This document shows, piece by piece, positions 62,780-64,000 of a stretch of DNA of 64,000 nucleotides. This DNA comes from Gemmatimonadales bacterium (GTDB lineage Bacteria > Gemmatimonadota > Gemmatimonadetes > Gemmatimonadales > GWC2-71-9). Position 1 is the first letter of the stretch. Every line of letters starts with the position of its first letter. Position numbers and translations under genes: made by a program. The stretch covers positions 2,137-66,136 of the forward strand of contig DATNOR010000160.1 in assembly GCA_035601235.1 (NCBI GenBank), read 5' to 3'. Below the pieces are notes generated by a model, which did not search any database, was not told the origin of the DNA, and was given only the letters and a program-made list of their open reading frames with translations.

Positions 62780-64000
62780 ATGCCCGACTGCTACGTTCTC
62801 GGTATCTCGGCGTTCTATCACGACAGCGCCGCCTGCCTTTTGCGGGAAGGCGAGATCGTCGCCGCCGCGCAGGAGGAGCGTTTCACGCGCAAAAAGGGGG
62901 ACGCGGCTTTTCCGCTCCAGGCTGCCCGCTACTGTCTCGCCGCAGGAGGCATAACTGCCTCCGACCTTGCGTACGTCGGCTTCTACGACAAGCCGCTCAC
63001 CAAGTTCGAGCGGATCCTCGAGACGTACCTGGGCGTCGCCCCCCGCGGATTCAGCCAGTTCCGCATGGCGGGTCCCTTGTGGATGAAGGAGAAACTGTTT
63101 CTCGACCGCGAAATCCGCCGCGCGCTCGCCTACGACGGCGAGATTCTCTACGCCGAGCACCATGAGTCCCACGCCGCCAGCGCGTTCTTCCCATCGCCGT
63201 TCGAGGATGCCGCCATCCTGACGATCGACGGAGTCGGGGAATGGGCGACCGCGGCGGTCGGCGTCGGCCGGGGCAACGATTTCGAGCTGCTGAAGGAGCT
63301 GCAGTGGCCCGATTCGCTTGGGCTCTTGTACTCGGCCTTCACCTACTTCACGGGCTTCAAGGTGAACTCGGGCGAGTACAAGGTCATGGGTCTCGCGCCC
63401 TACGGAGAGCCCAAGTACGTGGATCTCATTTATCGCGAGCTCGTGAACCTGCGGGAGGACGGCTCGTTCACACTCAACCAGAAGTACTTCGAGTACCTGA
63501 CGGGCCTCACGATGACCAACGGGGCCTTTTCGCAATTGTTCGGCGGTCCGCCCCGCGTGCCCGAGTCCAAGCTGACGCAGCGGGAGATGGACCTCGCCAA
63601 GTCGGTCCAGGTCGTGTGCGAGGAAATCATGCTCCGCATGGCGCGGACCGCGCATCGTGAGACGGGGCTCGAGAACCTCTGTCTGGCGGGCGGGGTGGCG
63701 TTGAACTGCGTCGCCAACGGGCGGGTCCTGCGCGAGGGCCCGTTCAAGCGACTGTGGATCCAGCCGGCCGCGGGGGACGCCGGCGGCGCCCTGGGCGTCG
63801 CGCAGCTCATCTGGCACCGGTACTGCAAGCAGGCCCGCTCGGTGACGCCCGGCACCGATGGCATGCGCGGGGCCTATCTGGGGCCGGACTTCACACCCGA
63901 CGAAATCGCGGCCTTTTTGCAATCGGTCGGGGCCCCCGCCGAGCGGCTTGATCGCGACGTGCTCCTGCGACGCGTGGCCGAGCTCCTGGCCGGCGAGAAG
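62780..64000 (+). CDS. NodU/CmcH-family carbamoyltransferase; 3' end outside the window
   Basis: This ORF is absent from the ORF track because it runs off the window. My own translation from ATG 62780 reads MPDCYVLGISAFYHDSAACLLREGEIVAAAQEERFTRKKGDAAFP...EHHESHAASAFF...LCLAGGVALNCVANG, which is the carbamoyltransferase signature. Confidence 0.85.
   Translation, partial: MPDCYVLGISAFYHDSAACLLREGEIVAAAQEERFTRKKGDAAFPLQAARYCLAAGGITASDLAYVGFYDKPLTKFERILETYLGVAPRGFSQFRMAGPLWMKEKLFLDREIRRALAYDGEILYAEHHESHAASAFFPSPFEDAAILTIDGVGEWATAAVGVGRGNDFELLKELQWPDSLGLLYSAFTYFTGFKVNSGEYKVMGLAPYGEPKYVDLIYRELVNLREDGSFTLNQKYFEYLTGLTMTNGAFSQLFGGPPRVPESKLTQREMDLAKSVQVVCEEIMLRMARTAHRETGLENLCLAGGVALNCVANGRVLREGPFKRLWIQPAAGDAGGALGVAQLIWHRYCKQARSVTPGTDGMRGAYLGPDFTPDEIAAFLQSVGAPAERLDRDVLLRRVAELLAGEK

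Noticed and set aside
63812-63827. A very good sigma-54 motif, TGGCAC-cggta-CTGCA, on the plus strand.
   Set aside because: It lies inside the carbamoyltransferase coding sequence with no downstream start codon. I keep it as a warning that high-scoring -24/-12 matches arise by chance in this GC-rich window, so the intergenic candidates need experimental or statistical support.

Overview
This is a high-GC (roughly 70%) bacterial chromosomal segment, densely coded, with many 4-nt ATGA/GTGA stop-start overlaps. Gene content suggests a Gemmatimonadota- or Acidobacteria-like organism (PD40/TolB fusions, GWxTD-like and DUF4397-like proteins); that assignment is a guess. I see no rRNA, tRNA, CRISPR array, transposase, integrase or phage genes.

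The window has three parts.

(1) 1-28.2 kb holds peptide, amine and amino-acid scavenging and catabolism genes. These include M1, S58 and S9 peptidases, an amidase and a DDAH-like enzyme. There is also a seven-gene operon with two class-III aminotransferases, an aldehyde dehydrogenase, a glutaconate-type CoA-transferase and a secreted TolB-PHP protein.

(2) 28.2-33.4 kb is the most unusual part. A complete stressosome module (RsbR-RsbS-RsbT-RsbX homologues) is translationally coupled to a sigma-54 enhancer-binding protein with a degenerate pseudo-receiver domain and to a TPR protein. The whole unit sits behind a consensus-grade sigma-54 promoter (TGGCAC-N5-TTGC). No sigma-B-type partner-switching output is present.

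(3) 33.9-64 kb is a large exopolysaccharide locus. Its gene set resembles PEP-CTERM/exosortase-associated EPS loci, but no exosortase is visible in the window. It contains glmS, wecB, a Wza-like exporter, a Wzc-like tyrosine autokinase and an NtrC-type regulator with a sensor-less kinase. It also contains a response regulator with a degenerate GGDEF domain and a retained I-site, an initiating sugar transferase and a flippase. The remaining genes are GT2/GT4 glycosyltransferases, AsnB-type amidotransferase, deacetylases, Wzy-like polymerase, SGNH hydrolase and carbamoyltransferase. Several of its operons carry sigma-54-like -24/-12 motifs.

All functional calls rest on motif recognition by eye in the supplied translations. 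No database search was run.
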